The notes under the pieces were generated by a model, which worked only from the letters and a program-made list of their open reading frames with translations, had not been told where the DNA came from and did no database searches. Made by a program: the position numbers and the translations under genes. From the IMG/VR virus record IMGVR_UViG_3300017991_000051, positions 32,001 to 96,000 of that record: a stretch of DNA of 64,000 bases; one strand, 5' to 3'. Shown in pieces: positions 43,449 through 54,800 of the stretch. Every line of letters begins with the position of its first letter. The first letter of the stretch is position 1. The stretch comes from a virus.

Positions 43449-44013
43449 GCTTTCCCTCCTTCCGCGGCCTGCTGATGAGCCGGCCATTTTGAAAATCATC
43501 TGCCGCCTTCTCGAATCCCGACAGTCGCGCGAGCGTCCTGAAATACAGTGCGCCAATCGACAACGATATGGTAAACACTGGCGGCGCTTCTGGAAGGGGC
43601 ACGTACCCTTCAGATGAAATATCCCACAGCTCCGGTACGTTTGCGGACGGCACCGTATCCACCGGCGCCAGGTCGGGCTTCTGCACGCCAACATATCGAT
43701 TGTCGACGATGGACATGAACAGCCACGGTATCTTCGCCGCAAGTCCGTCCACATGCGCTATCAGTGCCGATTCCAGCTCCTGTGCGTAGGCACGTATAGC
43801 TGCCACAAATGGTTCGATGCACGCCGTATAATGCTCCAACGGCATGCCCGTCGCACGAAGGAAGTCGCAGACCACGAGTACGAGTGCGCCGTGTGTGTTG
43901 ATCGTACCACACTGCAGCTCTTCCTTATATCCGACCAACCGCTGAATGAGACGGAGCGTCCGCTCATCCATGTCGATCACTTTCAGCAAATCCTTCAGTT
44001 CTATACGAGCCAT
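43420..44013 (-). CDS. hypothetical protein
   Basis: 197 aa. Confidence 0.7.
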   Translation of the reverse strand: MARIELKDLLKVIDMDERTLRLIQRLVGYKEELQCGTINTHGALVLVVCDFLRATGMPLEHYTACIEPFVAAIRAYAQELESALIAHVDGLAAKIPWLFMSIVDNRYVGVQKPDLAPVDTVPSANVPELWDISSEGYVPLPEAPPVFTISLSIGALYFRTLARLSGFEKAADDFQNGRLISRPRKEGKHVGDKGSDG

Positions 44014-44064
44014 ATCACCCTCTACACAGGGGAAGCCGACAGCCCAAAGACTGCCGGCTTCCAG

Positions 44065-44089
44065 ATTTTGTATTGATGCTACAAACTCT
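44065..44089 (-). promoter_or_regulatory. palindromic motif, copy 2
   Basis: ATTTTGTA-TTGATGC-TACAAACTCT. Confidence 0.55.
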
Positions 44090-44349
44090 TAGATACCTGG
44101 AACGAGTCTGTAGATGATCGCGTACTTGGGCTTGTCGCCCTCCTTCGCGTCCTTCGGCAGGTCCAACGGGAACGGCGCGCGCCACACCTCGATTCCGGCG
44201 TTACCGAAACCGTGGTTGAAACGATCGTTCCATGCCAGCTTCTTCGCATCCAGCGAGTTCAACTCCCCAGGTTCTTCGCCCTCTACGGCGATGAACAGAT
44301 AGCCATCCGTTATCGACGGCTTCAGCGGTCCCTTCTTAATGATCTTCAT
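44089..44349 (-). CDS. hypothetical protein
   Basis: 86 aa. Confidence 0.65.
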   Translation of the reverse strand: MKIIKKGPLKPSITDGYLFIAVEGEEPGELNSLDAKKLAWNDRFNHGFGNAGIEVWRAPFPLDLPKDAKEGDKPKYAIIYRLVPGI

Positions 44350-44351
44350 CC

Positions 44352-44951
44352 TCAGTTCTCCTTTATCCAGCTTGTATCTTCCAGAAAGCTGCGGTTCGTC
44401 TCCCGCAGCTCAGCAACGGCTGTTCGCAACGTACCAGCGTCACGAAGCATGGGATCCTGCTTACACAGCATCTTGTTCTTCAGTACCGGCCACGGTACGG
44501 GCTGATAGTCCCATACGTCTATGCCGACATCGCAACTACAGGTATCCGGATATTCCGGGAGCCTGCCGTGGCAATGCCCGTAGAAATGCCACGAGCCGTG
44601 GCACTTCGCATTCCACGACCGTAACGGGTAATGGCAGAAGATGACCATCTGACTATCGATCGACGTCTGCCATATGTCGTGTACGGCCGTAAACTGGTCG
44701 AATACCGCACGGCTCATCTTGTCATGATTGCCGCGGACCAGTATCTTCTTCCCCCGGAGCGCCTGCAGGAAGTGGGCATGCCGCTTCCACGCAAAGTCTC
44801 CGACGATGACCACCGTATCCTTCGGGTCCACCCAGTCGTTCCAGTTGCTGATAAGCAATTCGTTCATACTCTCAAGGTCGATGAACGGACGATCGGCATG
44901 CCGAATGATGTTCTTGTGGTCGAGATGTAGATCCGCGGTCACCCAATACAT
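44352..44951 (-). CDS. calcineurin-like metallophosphoesterase
   Basis: ADLHLDH, VGDFAW, RGNHD, CHYP, YGHCH. Confidence 0.9.
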   Translation of the reverse strand: MYWVTADLHLDHKNIIRHADRPFIDLESMNELLISNWNDWVDPKDTVVIVGDFAWKRHAHFLQALRGKKILVRGNHDKMSRAVFDQFTAVHDIWQTSIDSQMVIFCHYPLRSWNAKCHGSWHFYGHCHGRLPEYPDTCSCDVGIDVWDYQPVPWPVLKNKMLCKQDPMLRDAGTLRTAVAELRETNRSFLEDTSWIKEN

Positions 44952-45635
44952 TTATGCAGCCCCCTCCGACGCGTACAGGCGCTCGCAGAAGTCGCTGTCG
45001 CGCTCTTGAAGATAGTCCCATCCGGGCTCTTCCCCGTCAACAGCAATCTCGTCCACGAGGTAGTGCGCGTACGTCCACGGGTTCTCCTGCCGCTCCGACG
45101 ACACAGGGTTACTAACCTTCTTGTTCTCCCGTTTCAGGATCACACGTGCCTCTTCACTGGCCGTACAGTGTGCCCAGATCTCGATCACGTTCTTCTCCGG
45201 ATCGAGAATGTAGATCCACTCCATGAAGAGAGGGTCCGTAAAGGGATCGAAATGGTCAGCAGCGGAATCGCCATGTTGGTGCCACTTCGCCTCCGGATCC
45301 GGATGGCCCGTCTTCTTGATGTTCTCCTCGACCTCCTTCTCCTCAGCCGTTTTGGCAGCCGGCTTATTGGTGTCCGGCAGGTCGAATCCGCAAATAAGTC
45401 CGCTGATGCTGTGCGGCTGTCCCTCCTTCTTCCCGCAGTACGCGCAGATACCGCCGGACTCAAACTCCCGCCAGTCCCCGACCGACTTCAGGCCGTCAAG
45501 GACCTTGGCTATACCATCCTTCTGTACCGCGTCCCACACGGACTTTCCGAGTACTGTCGGATACGAATCCCAATGATTGTATACTCCAACGACGTTATCG
45601 CCGTCACGCCACGCAACGGATCCTCGCGTTCCCAT
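44952..45635 (-). CDS. hypothetical phage protein
   Basis: MGTRG...YNHWDSYP...EWIYILD. Confidence 0.75.
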   Translation of the reverse strand: MGTRGSVAWRDGDNVVGVYNHWDSYPTVLGKSVWDAVQKDGIAKVLDGLKSVGDWREFESGGICAYCGKKEGQPHSISGLICGFDLPDTNKPAAKTAEEKEVEENIKKTGHPDPEAKWHQHGDSAADHFDPFTDPLFMEWIYILDPEKNVIEIWAHCTASEEARVILKRENKKVSNPVSSERQENPWTYAHYLVDEIAVDGEEPGWDYLQERDSDFCERLYASEGAA

Positions 45636-45852
45636 GACCTTCCTCCTTCACTTCCACAACTCTGTAATCGTCCTCTGAATACTCCGACTCCATGTAACCG
45701 TCCGCGACGGCAGCTTTCACGTCGTCCAGCAGCACCCGCACCTCGTGCTCGGCGTCTGCCTCGGTATCGAATAGTACGGGTAGGCCGTCCCCACCCGTCC
45801 ATACGTTGACCCACCCGTCAATCAGTGTATGCGTCTGTACCTCCCACGCCAT
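45604..45852 (-). CDS. hypothetical protein
   Basis: 82 aa. Confidence 0.65.
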   Translation of the reverse strand: MAWEVQTHTLIDGWVNVWTGGDGLPVLFDTEADAEHEVRVLLDDVKAAVADGYMESEYSEDDYRVVEVKEEGHGNARIRCVA

Positions 45853-46352
45853 TATTTCTTCTCCACCGGCGGCTTAGTAGTCGCCTGCTTCTTTGGCTTC
45901 GGGGGTGGTTCCTCAACTGTCGGCAGCTCGGGATGGCCACGACGCTCAGGGGCTAGGTCGATGATTTCGAACGCCAGTATATCGGCTACGATCGCGTTCC
46001 ACGTCGACTCCTTATAGGGCCCATCCATCAGGTCCCTACCGCCCGTGAAGTCCTCACCAGGCAGCGGCATCCGGCCGGATACCGCAGCACCGAGGTAACC
46101 GTGATCCCCATTATCCAGCTCAATCTCGTCCGGCTTGAGCGGCGGTCTCGCCACAATAGCGTACACGTGCGTAGACGTATACAGGTGTACCCGCAGGTAC
46201 TCTCCCCGCTCGTCGCCGGGATATGTGCTGAACAGCAGCGCCGCCTTCATGCCGCCGAACCGTGTTATGGGTCGAAGCCACTCCTTAAGCAGGCTGTACC
46301 GCGTGTTCAGCTTCTCCTCGATCTCCGATGTCAATCGCGTCACATTTTGCAT
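45852..46352 (-). CDS. hypothetical protein
   Basis: 166 aa. Confidence 0.7.
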   Translation of the reverse strand: MQNVTRLTSEIEEKLNTRYSLLKEWLRPITRFGGMKAALLFSTYPGDERGEYLRVHLYTSTHVYAIVARPPLKPDEIELDNGDHGYLGAAVSGRMPLPGEDFTGGRDLMDGPYKESTWNAIVADILAFEIIDLAPERRGHPELPTVEEPPPKPKKQATTKPPVEKK

Positions 46353-46962
46353 CCTTCGTCTCCTTGTTGTTGATTTGTTCGAACGCCGCCTTCAGCCCCT
46401 CGAGGTGACTGACGCAGCGGAAGTTGATGATCTTACCTACGTCTCCACATTCGTAATAGCAGTCACCGAAAAACTCGTAACCGTTATCATGGAGCCACAT
46501 ATGCCACTCGAACTGTGACGACAGCGCACTCTCGCCGAGTGCTAGGGCAAACTTATCCCAGCCGCTGGTACCCTCCGTTGCATCCTCCGCCTCGTCCCCG
46601 CACTCCCGCAGGTAGTCGCGCACGTAGTCGGCGGCCACGCGAGAATCCCACTCCGTGAACTCACGGCCGGTTTCCGACGCCTCGCACTTCCCCGCGAAGT
46701 AATCGAGGCTGCATTCCGTCGCTATCCACTCCAGTGTGATGGCCGTTCCGCCCCAGCGGTAGACAGCAGCACCCAAATCACCACTAACGAAAAGTGTATT
46801 GCGATACAGGATGTAATCGACCCTGTATATAGTCGTGCCCGGATGGGCCCACACTAACCGCTCCACGCCACCGATCTTCGCGCAGTGAATTGCCTCGTGG
46901 TTCCGGTACTCATTCCGGATCAGTTTCTTGAAGTGCTCATACTTCTCCTGCGTCACCGTCAT
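46285..46962 (-). CDS. hypothetical phage protein
   Basis: LFVSGDLGAAVY...LDYFAGK. Confidence 0.7.
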   Translation of the reverse strand: MTVTQEKYEHFKKLIRNEYRNHEAIHCAKIGGVERLVWAHPGTTIYRVDYILYRNTLFVSGDLGAAVYRWGGTAITLEWIATECSLDYFAGKCEASETGREFTEWDSRVAADYVRDYLRECGDEAEDATEGTSGWDKFALALGESALSSQFEWHMWLHDNGYEFFGDCYYECGDVGKIINFRCVSHLEGLKAAFEQINNKETKDAKCDAIDIGDRGEAEHAVQPA

Positions 46963-47210
46963 CTACTCTTCCTCCATGGCTGTATCCAATAGTTCCAGAC
47001 TCCCTGACTCCACGAGTACAGGTACCATACGCTGAGCAGGAGCATGCCCCACTGCTTGTGCTTCCCGAACGTGTAGAACCAGACGGGCTGACTGAACAGG
47101 CCGAGGATGTAACCCCAGCGGCTCCAGCGCTCCTTCCGGCTCACGAACCAGATGGCCGCGCACCCGAAGGTGACGACACCGACTTGACAAATAATATCAT
47201 CGATAGCCAT
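46959..47210 (-). CDS. small multi-pass membrane protein
   Basis: Three Trp-rich hydrophobic segments. Confidence 0.65.
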   Translation of the reverse strand: MAIDDIICQVGVVTFGCAAIWFVSRKERWSRWGYILGLFSQPVWFYTFGKHKQWGMLLLSVWYLYSWSQGVWNYWIQPWRKSR

Positions 47211-47747
47211 AATCTCAGTCCAGATTGAACCGGCTCAGTTCGTTACGGAGGGTTCGCGCCTCCTTGCGTGTTATGTGAAATGAATACCGGCTCCCTATGC
47301 GCAGGATCAGGCGTCGGTCGCGTACGTCCAACAGCCTATCGCTCGCAGGATCCGAATATACGTGTATACCGCGCATACGCGTACGCATGTAGGGCCTCCT
47401 TTCTTCTCCAATAGCTAAACGAAAAGGGATCGTTGCCCGCCCTGGTAAGGGGCGGGCGATACCTACGATTTCGCGTATTATCGCCTAATGTGAAAAAGAC
47501 TCCCGACGAAAAATGTGTAGAGGGTAGTTCATCAAGGATTGAATGTACTCCACACAGGCATTCGGGAGAAAAATGTGTGCACGTGACTGCCGCCCACCCG
47601 GGACACCGGAGTAAACGGCAGCACGCACACGGGGGAAACGGCGGCTTTCGCCGTTCTTTTCCGGAACGCACGACAGAGCCGTGCGTCCCAGAAACAAGAA
47701 AAGAAGAATAAGAATGAGTGCAGCTGAACGCTAATCCGTCTGCATCT

Positions 47748-47762
47748 TATTATGCCGCAATT
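47748..47762 (-). promoter_or_regulatory. putative promoter motif CGGCATAATA, copy 1
   Basis: AATTGCGGCATAATA on the - strand; second copy at 48721. Confidence 0.45.
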
Positions 47763-47778
47763 CACCCCTTTTTTTAAC

Positions 47779-48102
47779 CTACTTCCGCTCCTCCGGTTGA
47801 CCGCAGAACAGGCACTGATCTTCCGTCTCGTACTGCGGATCAATCGCGCCCTTTGGTCTCTCTATTGTGGTCCCGTCGAGTAGCTCGACCATTCCATCCA
47901 TACTGAAGTAGTGGCACGTATGGTCCGGACTGTCCGGACACCACCACCCGAAATCCTTCTTGCAGATGTTGCAGTACACGGAATCGCCGTGCTGGAAGAT
48001 CTCATGTGGGCAGCTTTCGATCAGTCGTGACTGAATGATCTGCGCCAGCTCCAGCAACTCCGTCACGTCACTGAACAACTTCCTTCTTTCTTCCTTCTTC
48101 AT
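47779..48102 (-). CDS. Cys-rich hypothetical protein
   Basis: CNIC..WWCPDSPDHTCHY...CLFCGQPEERK. Confidence 0.7.
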   Translation of the reverse strand: MKKEERRKLFSDVTELLELAQIIQSRLIESCPHEIFQHGDSVYCNICKKDFGWWCPDSPDHTCHYFSMDGMVELLDGTTIERPKGAIDPQYETEDQCLFCGQPEERK

Positions 48103-48388
48103 ACATCCTCCTCAGCATTTGGTCGCGTGCGTTGTTGAATAGGGAGGAGCTACAGCCCTCCCCGATCGCAAGTATCTTCATACGGCGCTTCCGTTCTTCG
48201 TCGGTCGTGCCCCGTAACAGCCCGCACCAGTAACGCCCGTCGTCGAACTGTAGCGCTGGACAGCGTTCGATCTGGTAGTCGAACATCGACTGCACCAGCG
48301 CGCACGGAGCCTTCTGGCAGCAGTAGCCGCAACCGATACACGGCTTCGGCGCCACATCCGTCTCCGGTTTTCGTTTGAACCAGCTCAT
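48068..48388 (-). CDS. YkgJ-like CxxCxxCC Fe-S/Zn protein
   Basis: CIGCGYCC...CPAL...CGL. Confidence 0.7.
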   Translation of the reverse strand: MSWFKRKPETDVAPKPCIGCGYCCQKAPCALVQSMFDYQIERCPALQFDDGRYWCGLLRGTTDEERKRRMKILAIGEGCSSSLFNNARDQMLRRMYEEGRKKEVVQ

Positions 48389-48645
48389 GGCATGACCCCC
48401 GGTATTGCGTCGAGCCCGTGGCTACGATGCTCCAGTATAGCTTTTACGACGATTGCATTCATCTCCTCTGTGTCGATACCCAGCTCGCTGGCCGCAGCGT
48501 ATGCCGCGAGCATGATGCAATCCGTACTGGTGTTGCGGCACATATGCCGAGCAAAGGTTAGGACCCACTCCACTGGTATGTCGTCCACCGCGCGGTACTT
48601 CGACTTCTTCGTCACCGGCGCCTTCTTCGCTACTGCTGTTGTCAT
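48385..48645 (-). CDS. hypothetical protein
   Basis: GGAGGAGG RBS. Confidence 0.65.
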   Translation of the reverse strand: MTTAVAKKAPVTKKSKYRAVDDIPVEWVLTFARHMCRNTSTDCIMLAAYAAASELGIDTEEMNAIVVKAILEHRSHGLDAIPGVMP

Positions 48646-48720
48646 GTGAAACCTCCTCCGTAAAGCACATACAAAGAAACACGCAGCGCCGGAGCGCTGC
48701 GTGCTAACATCATTCCATTG

Positions 48721-48736
48721 TATTATGCCGTAAATT
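48721..48736 (-). promoter_or_regulatory. putative promoter motif CGGCATAATA, copy 2
   Basis: AATTTACGGCATAATA on the - strand, intergenic. Confidence 0.45.
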
Positions 48737-48745
48737 GCCGCCGGT

Positions 48746-49015
48746 TTAACTTGGCAGTTTCGCCGCCTCTTCCTTCGCCGTCTTCAGGAACAGCTCCATA
48801 CTCTCACTCGAGTACGGCTTACCCACGTCGGGGTCGTTGATGCGCGCTTGATTCGCCGCCTTGATCAACGCCTCCACGAGCCATTCGGAATCCTTGTCCA
48901 GTCCGATGATGCCCCGCGCGCGATTCAGCGCCTCTCTCCGATTGATCAGCTCCGAACCGTTCTCGTCCGAAGTGATCTCCACCATGTTACCTTTCGCCGC
49001 GATCTTACGTATCAT
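48746..49015 (-). CDS. hypothetical protein
   Basis: AAGGAGGAG RBS, MIRKIAAK... Confidence 0.65.
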   Translation of the reverse strand: MIRKIAAKGNMVEITSDENGSELINRREALNRARGIIGLDKDSEWLVEALIKAANQARINDPDVGKPYSSESMELFLKTAKEEAAKLPS

Positions 49016-49026
49016 TATCTCCTCCT

Positions 49027-49869
49027 TTAGCTGGAACTTTCCACTCCCTCGATCAACAGCGTGTAGTGATCCACGCCGTCGCGCGTGTAGTAGATGTATG
49101 TTTTGTACTCGTCGCTGATATTGCCCGAGTCCACCTCCGAACCATCCAAGTCGCACGTAAATGTATTATCTACCAGTGAAGTAGTCAAGTCCATTTGTTC
49201 CCCGCTGGGAACGCCCGTGAGCCGCCATGTCCGGCGGCAGAGTGGGACGTCACCCTGTACACCCACCTCCGCGAAGTCGGAACCTACCGGAAACTCCGGA
49301 TCGTTGCTCTCCGTAACGGTGAGGGACGCGTAGGCGTCGGGAGGACATTCAACGGCCTCCTCGCTGCCCTCAGGCTCCTCATCTTCCTCCTCAGCCGGCG
49401 CCGGCGTCGGCGGGAAGTAGCCGCCCCGGTCCACGGCCGACAACTGCAGCTCACAGATGCCGACGAGGGTCCGGATCAGCTCGTCGCGGTCGGCGACGAT
49501 ACCGTCCCACGTTTCCTCCAGAAGGATCTCGCTGCGGGACAGGAGATCGACCTCCGCGAGGCGGAAGAACTGCGGACTATCCGACTCCCGCGGGGCTCCG
49601 GACGGGTACTCCTCGAGATCGGTGGGGGAGGCCACGGCCTCGAAGGTGTCCTCCTGATTACCCTCATCGTCCGTGCCGCTACGTAGGTATACGAAGATGT
49701 TGGGATCCACGTTATAGTAGTCGGTGACGGTGACACGGAGACGCCATGCTTGTTGGCGTCCTGGGACGTCGTAGACGCCTAGCTCCTTAGTTAATTCCAG
49801 CCCAAATCTGCAATCTGCTGGCGTAGAACTAGACGAGCTGGACATTTCAAAGTTGGATGTTTCGGCCAT
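49027..49869 (-). CDS. acidic hypothetical (structural?) protein
   Basis: 280 aa with poly-Ser tracts. Confidence 0.7.
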   Translation of the reverse strand: MAETSNFEMSSSSSSTPADCRFGLELTKELGVYDVPGRQQAWRLRVTVTDYYNVDPNIFVYLRSGTDDEGNQEDTFEAVASPTDLEEYPSGAPRESDSPQFFRLAEVDLLSRSEILLEETWDGIVADRDELIRTLVGICELQLSAVDRGGYFPPTPAPAEEEDEEPEGSEEAVECPPDAYASLTVTESNDPEFPVGSDFAEVGVQGDVPLCRRTWRLTGVPSGEQMDLTTSLVDNTFTCDLDGSEVDSGNISDEYKTYIYYTRDGVDHYTLLIEGVESSS

Positions 49870-49883
49870 TTCTCAGGTCCTCC

Positions 49884-51881
49884 TTAACGCCCCGGATGCT
49901 TCTGTGACGCGCCTCTCCGGACGTAATCGCTTATTCTGACACCATTGTAGAACTGTTGTATCATAATATCGTTCTGATAGCAAGCTTCTCCCAACATGAC
50001 GTCCCCGCCGTTGTGGCTGATCCGCGGATCCGGCCAGTGCAGGCGCTTGACGGCGGAGGTGCGCATGGCCCACCATCCCCCTGTCAGGAAGTCCGTCTTC
50101 GGCATGCCGCGGCGCGTCCGTTGCGGCTTACCCTTGTACCACTTGGCCTCCTTGATCCACGTGAGCTGCCCGGGTGTCAGATGGTAGAAGTATTTCTTGC
50201 CCACCATCTTCGCCCCCGGGTTGGCTGTCACGAACTTGTCGAGGCCGGCCAGCCAGTTACCGGAGACTGCGTGGCTATCGTCATCGAACCAGATCACCCA
50301 CCGGCTATCAAGTCCTGGTTTGTAGAACATCTTGCGCATGAGCGGATACTTGTAGATGTTCGCCGTCTCCTCGTACAGCCGCACATTCCCCTTCGAAACG
50401 ATGTAGTGGTCGAGGAGCCTGCGCACCCGGGCGCTGACCGCGTTGAGGCCCAGCCGCAACTCGAACAGGGAGGGGTCGACCGTCTGGTAGATGCTCTGCA
50501 GGCAACGTTGCGAGAGGGCGGGGAAGTCCCCATACAGCAGCACACAGATTGTCACCGGCGTACGCAGGCCCTTCAGCGGCCGATCGAACGGTGCGGCACC
50601 GGGAGCCATATTCAATGCGACAGGAGGAAGCCTGCGCTCCGGGAGCTGCGGGCGCTTCCGCATCTTCTTCATGATGGTCCGCGGAGGCTTCGGCGGCTTC
50701 GGAGGTGCGGGGTTCGTGGGTGTCGTTCTCCGCTTCGGGACCTCCTTGATGAAACGCCGGCGGTTGATATGGCCCCGACCGCGACGTGCGCGCCGCACAA
50801 CACGTGACAGCTTAGGCTTCGGGCCCGGCGGGAGCATGATCGGCCGGCGAACCTTCGGGAGCGCCTCCGTGAACATAGGCGGCCGCAACCCCTTCGGCAC
50901 CGGATCGATCGGTATCTTCTCGCCGTTGAGGTACCGACGGACCCCCGCCACCACCTGATCGGGCGTAATCAGTCGCAGGCACTCCGGCAGGTGCTTACCC
51001 GACGGACCCACCACAAGGCGCTTACAGTTCTTCGCCGGGTTCTTCCGCTCGCCGACGCCGGAGCGCCAACAGCCCTGCCGCTTGCAACAGTCGAGTGTGC
51101 CACCGATCGTATGTATGAATGTATGGTCGACGAAGTCCTTAGGCACCGGGTTCTTCAGTATATTCGTCGCCCACGTAGCGCGCGTGTAGGCCTCCCACCA
51201 CCACGCCTCCCTCCCCCCGGCGACGACCACGCAAGGCTTGTTGAAGGCCGCAGCCATATGCATCGTGCACGTAACGGGGCATATGACGCCCTCAGCGTGG
51301 TACACAAGGCACAGGAGGTCCCGCAGGCGTGTCTTCCCCACCAAGTTCTTGACCCCAGCCAGTTTGGGGTGCATGTGGCTCGCGGAGCCCACCTGTACGG
51401 GGAGGATACCATCCTCCTCGCGCAAGGTATCGACTGTCTGCTGCCAGTACTTCGGATCCCATATCTTCGCCGTGAAGTCCGCCTTCCCACCGGCGACGAC
51501 GATCCAGTACGGACGCTTGACGCGCCGGTTCTCCGGATCCTTCTCCTCGTCCGTCAGGTACACGTCCGGCCGCATATCCGTCGGCTTGATCTTGATACCC
51601 AACCGTTCACTCATGTCGCGGGCGAAGCCGGTACAGAAGTGGCCGGCCCGCTGGTTGGAGCTGTTGATCGACGTACTGTAGCCGACGCGATGGTGTACGC
51701 GGTCCTTATTCCTATCCGCGTTGTGGACCAGCGGATTGTTCCGCCAGATATCCGGACATTTTGTCCGGATGCATGTCCGGAACTCGTTCGGGTACTGTTT
51801 GTGCAGGTCACGGATCGCACAGGTGAACATCAGGGAGTCGCCCGGCGCCTGCACGTTCTCGAGTATCAATTGCTTACTCAT
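49884..51881 (-). CDS. glycosyltransferase fusion: GT9 (heptosyltransferase-like) + Pro/Arg linker + GT2-like
   Basis: APGDSLM, IWRNNP, NLVGKTRLRDL, MHMAAAFNKPCVVV; C-terminal IWFDDDS and GGDVMLG. Confidence 0.8.
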   Translation of the reverse strand: MSKQLILENVQAPGDSLMFTCAIRDLHKQYPNEFRTCIRTKCPDIWRNNPLVHNADRNKDRVHHRVGYSTSINSSNQRAGHFCTGFARDMSERLGIKIKPTDMRPDVYLTDEEKDPENRRVKRPYWIVVAGGKADFTAKIWDPKYWQQTVDTLREEDGILPVQVGSASHMHPKLAGVKNLVGKTRLRDLLCLVYHAEGVICPVTCTMHMAAAFNKPCVVVAGGREAWWWEAYTRATWATNILKNPVPKDFVDHTFIHTIGGTLDCCKRQGCWRSGVGERKNPAKNCKRLVVGPSGKHLPECLRLITPDQVVAGVRRYLNGEKIPIDPVPKGLRPPMFTEALPKVRRPIMLPPGPKPKLSRVVRRARRGRGHINRRRFIKEVPKRRTTPTNPAPPKPPKPPRTIMKKMRKRPQLPERRLPPVALNMAPGAAPFDRPLKGLRTPVTICVLLYGDFPALSQRCLQSIYQTVDPSLFELRLGLNAVSARVRRLLDHYIVSKGNVRLYEETANIYKYPLMRKMFYKPGLDSRWVIWFDDDSHAVSGNWLAGLDKFVTANPGAKMVGKKYFYHLTPGQLTWIKEAKWYKGKPQRTRRGMPKTDFLTGGWWAMRTSAVKRLHWPDPRISHNGGDVMLGEACYQNDIMIQQFYNGVRISDYVRRGASQKHPGR

Positions 51882-54800
51882 AATAGACGAAATTGGGCCG
51901 TAGAATGATCTCAGTGTGCTCGAAGACGTATAGGTAGGGTCGCATCTGGTAGTACGCTTGGTGCATCTCGTGTTCCATGTGTGCGTTCGCATCCGTATAC
52001 GTATCGGTCCGTGAAAAAGGTCCTAGCCAGTTGTCATGCCATGACACCCCGCCGGGCGATAACTTCATCTGTGCGTAGTCGTACGAGTTAGTAATGTACC
52101 GTTGTCCGCCTGCATCGATGAACGTGTTTCGCCGATGGCGAAACATCGTGTTGTCGAACGACGCATGCAATGGCTTGAACGTGGTGTTCGTCACGTACAT
52201 TGTGAGAATATCATCAATGTAACGGACGCGACCGCCAGTTAGAGGGACCGGCAGCACGAATACGAAGTTTGTCTCCCCAACATCAAAGCCAAGCTCTTCA
52301 CCGATACTCTTCGGGTACAGCGGAAATGACGTGTACTTGCCGGGTCGATAATCAACGAACGTATAGATGTCAACATCTGAATCCGTACCGACGGTTGACC
52401 GAACTACCTCCACATTGCCGGTCATAGCCCAGTACCCTACACGCGGACGCCGGTCGCGTACGAATCCGGACGGCCAGTCACCCGCCGGCCACCAGCCGCC
52501 GCGGCTCATACCGGTATGCATCCAGCTCGTCCGTATGATTCCCTGATCAGATGACGCTGGTGGATCCTTCAGGACCTTCGGAATCAAGTCCCCTGTCGCT
52601 GGGTCAGGAATACCGAATAGCTTGGAGTTGCGTACTCCACGCCCTTCGACGATGCCGGCCCCGTACCACTCCACCTTACGCCCAAGCGGCTGGTTCTGAT
52701 CGTAGTAGCCACCAACGCTCCAGTACGGACGCCTGTTACGGCGTCGGAAGACGGTGCCCTCCGTAAGATCACGTGACGACGATCCGACAGGGCCTCCCTG
52801 GTACGTATTGCCAGCCTTATGTTCCCACTTCCACCACGAGTTGGTAAAGCTCCAGAAATCGTAGAAGGTTGCATTGCCTAGGTGGGACGGTGCCTTGTAA
52901 TCAGACAGCCAGCGCCCTTCTGACGACTCGGCCGTTCGAATACAGGTCATCTTGTTCAGCAGCCTATACATACCATCGAAAAAGGTCTGGTTTATCGCAT
53001 ACGATACCGGCGGGAACGGAGGAGTCCAATTGAAATCCTGATACATGGCAAACCGGTTCGTGACCGAGAACAGGATGCGCGTGCCACCAGCACCCTTACT
53101 CTGATCCACCGTCAGGACGTCGTTCGTCTGCACGAGTCGCGGGTTGATGGCGATGCGCCCGTCGTTCGTTACCGAATGTCCGATACTGGCCACGTAGTAG
53201 GTGTCAGTCACCGACGCGAGGGGCGTAACCCATACTTCCTCCGCCGTCCACACGCTCGTCGTCTTCCGCGTGGACGGTGACTCCTCTACAGCCAGCATGG
53301 GTATCCACGTGTTGGTTCCCGGCGCCGTCGCCGTGTACACCAGCGTTGTGTACGCGATATCATCACCGCCGCCCTTCAACGCCCCGAGGTCGTCAACGTA
53401 TATCGTACGGCTGCGGATATCGAAAGGCATCGGCGGTATCGTCGTCGTATTCGGGGAGGGTGCCACCACATCGACCTCGACGCCCGGCCAGTTCGTAAGC
53501 GTGTCCCACGTAAGAAAATCCAGCCTGTACGGTGCGCTATCCCAGTCACCAAACTGACCCTCTCCCCACTGGATGGTCTGTCCGCGTCGAACGTAGTACA
53601 GCTCCATCGCGTAGTCGCTTGGCCGCAAGACGCCCCCCGGATAGTAGTAGCCGGAGGGCCCGCAGCTGGGGCGCCCAATCTTGTACTCCTCTACGCGTGT
53701 GGGGAACCCCATGCGATGCAGCCTCTTGATCGCTTCCGTGTAGTCGGAGCCGAGCAGGGTCTCCCAATCGTCCCGTATCTGTTCGGCGATATCGAAATCG
53801 TTGACGAGCACCCACGTATCCTTCGCATTGTAATCCAAGCTGTCGTCTCGCCGCATCTGCACGAAGAACGCATTACTCGCTGCGTTCCGGTAGTAGCGCG
53901 GCTGCGTACTGCTCATTGTGAGCGGATCCTGCGGCGTAAACGATTGCCCGTTGATGGCCGCGATCCACTGCTGCCCGGTCACGACCGTAACCACCCCGTT
54001 CGTCTCCTCGAACCAGAATACGTCGCTGAAGCCGTACGGTACCAGCGTCTGCTCATAGATCGGCTGCATCGCGTACTCCCCCAAGAACAGATCAACGTCC
54101 CGCTCCGGATGGATGTTGATCCCCCCCTTCGACACCTGTGAGGTCCAGATATTGACGTTCTCCGCATACACGAATTCTTCGTAAGGCTGTCCAAACTCCC
54201 AACCCTCACCGAGAAGGACATCGAAAGGCCCGACGTGCTGTACGTACCCCCACCCGCTGCGTCCGGGGTAAACCGTGTTATCGATCTCGACGATCTGCCA
54301 TCCGAGGTTCGTGCCCGCGCCCGTCAAGCTGTATATCTTCTCGGGCGTCCACGTCGGCACCTCCTTGACGATCTCGTACGCGCCCGCGCCGGACGGTATG
54401 TAGCGATCGCCGTTAGTCATCTCCACCCATTGCGGCGTACCCCCGATGTCGGTCCACACATAGCTTTCCTCCGTATCGTACCACGTGTCGAACGTACCGT
54501 CGGGGTCGGCATACGTCGTGTCTAGGTAGTACTCCATCATGATCGCTATCGTCGGCAGGAGGGTGCCCAGCAACTCTGTGGGGGGCATCCCGCGGAATGG
54601 TGTGGGCGTACCGTACCGTGGATCGGCGATCAGCTTCTTGTAAGTGTTCGTCCACACCACATAGTCATCCCGTGCGTATACACGGGTGGTTATGTTACTG
54701 GCCAGTATCGACATAGGCCCCCGGCCCTCATAGACCGCAGGGATCTGCTCCGTCGTGTAGTTCGTGTAGGTGACTGCGACATCGACGTTCGTAAACTGCT

